Shown in pieces: positions 62,916 through 64,000 of a stretch of DNA of 64,000 nt. Source of the DNA: Neoconidiobolus thromboides FSU 785 (lineage: Eukaryota; Fungi; Entomophthoromycota); NCBI GenBank assembly GCA_025603075.1, contig MU626265.1:62001-126000 (forward strand), read 5' to 3'. Position 1 is the first letter of the stretch. Each line of letters starts with the position of its first letter. The notes under the pieces are model-generated. The model did no database searches. It worked only from the letters and a program-made list of their open reading frames with translations, and was not told the DNA's origin. The position numbers were made by a program, and so were the translations under genes.

Positions 62916-63377
62916 CTAATTATCTTTCTTCTTCAATCCCTCCTTCCTTTTTGCCTCCTCCTCTTTGACTCTATTAATCTTAGTTTGTGATTGATATTCC
63001 CAAATAATGTTCCCTGGAGTTTCTGTAGGGACTTTCATTTGTTTTGGGAACAACTCACCCATCCACTGTTTTTGACTATCTTCAAATAGTTTTGGACTCA
63101 ATTCTTTTAATTTTTCGGCTGCTTCAACCATTCTATTATATTTAATTGCTAACTTCTCCTTTTGTTTTTTGGAAACTTCAGCAGTATAAACGGACCATGC
63201 TTTATTAAGGACGGATTCTTGGGATTCAATGGAAGAGTCGGAGGGTTCACTAGGACGTAATGGGGCATCGAATAAGGCGCGACGGATAACATCATTTCTA
63301 GAATCACCACCTAAGGCATGACCTTTGGAAGGGGTAGCGTAAAATCTTTTGGTTATATTGAGGAGAGTTCTTTTCAT
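62916..63377 (-). CDS. MRPL28: Mitochondrial ribosomal protein mL40 (yeast MrpL28 family)
   Basis: Presequence-like MKRTLLNITKRFYA, then KAWSVY...KYNRMVEAAEKLKELSPKLF and FPKQMKVPTETP. Confidence 0.8.
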   Translation of the reverse strand: MKRTLLNITKRFYATPSKGHALGGDSRNDVIRRALFDAPLRPSEPSDSSIESQESVLNKAWSVYTAEVSKKQKEKLAIKYNRMVEAAEKLKELSPKLFEDSQKQWMGELFPKQMKVPTETPGNIIWEYQSQTKINRVKEEEAKRKEGLKKKDN

Positions 63378-64000
63378 TATTTTTTAGTTTAAAGATTGAA
63401 ATTCGAAATTTGAAAATGGAATTGAAGTTATTTAATTTTTTAAATTGTAAATTTTCTAATGGCTGAAATTTTTGCAAATGAGATTGCAGCTTCTTGGCTT
63501 TAAAAAGTGGAAGGTGGAGTGCTAAAAACTAGTGATAATGGGTTATAAGAGTAATTATACTTTGACGCTTTTTTTATCTTTTGATTATTACTTATAGATA
63601 TTGTTTTTAAGAGTTAATAATATTTTGACATAAATATTGAATGCTTATTCATTAGTGAATCAAGTATTTTAAATGAGCAATCTGGCTACATAAAAGAACA
63701 TTAGATTAATAGAGATGAAGGAGTAAAATAGAATAAGGAAAATAATAATAGTGTAAATAGTAACAGTTGCTAATATGGCCAATAACTCTTTTATTTAAAG
63801 CTTTTTTAACTTGTTAAATCATTATAAAGCAATGTCAATACGTATATTCTAAATAGTTTAACTATTTACAATAATTTAATTAAAAATAGAAAGATTTTGA
63901 CGAAAACAATATAAAAGAAGACATTATAATATAAATTAATACAACGGCCATCTACCTATTTATTGTTAAAAAAACAAAATAAACAGTTATTGATTTAAAA

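Overview
Very AT-rich eukaryotic DNA with many short (about 45-70 bp) GT-AG introns. Gene content (LYS1, CTI6-like, fungal TF domain, class A-like GPCRs, LPMO-like protein) points to an early-diverging fungus; an entomophthoralean such as Conidiobolus is plausible but is my inference. I can support about 20 protein genes: secreted-looking agmatine deiminase, ankyrin protein, HELLS/Lsh-type SNF2 helicase, FKBP, ISY1, RAD50, LYS1, RPS2, a USP, pelota/DOM34, two class A-like GPCRs, a fungal TF, CTI6-like PHD protein, a P450, a His-brace LPMO-like protein, HEM2, AsnRS, HisRS and mL40. There are also two decayed pseudogenes (long-chain acyl-CoA synthetase; Stc1-like zinc-finger protein). The gene-free tracts hold about 27 copies of one ~100-bp hairpin MITE with GGGG...CCCC ends and an apparent 2-bp AT target duplication, a ~465-bp TGT...ACA element that sits in older copies of its own family, and a ~195-bp foldback element. 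The strongest leads are the LPMO-like protein with an atypical second sphere, the GPCR/TF/P450 island, the MITE family, the self-nesting element, a recurrent AAGT(G/C)ACTT promoter palindrome and the divergent AsnRS/HisRS pair. No rRNA, tRNA or CRISPR was seen. All exon structures and repeat boundaries were read by eye.
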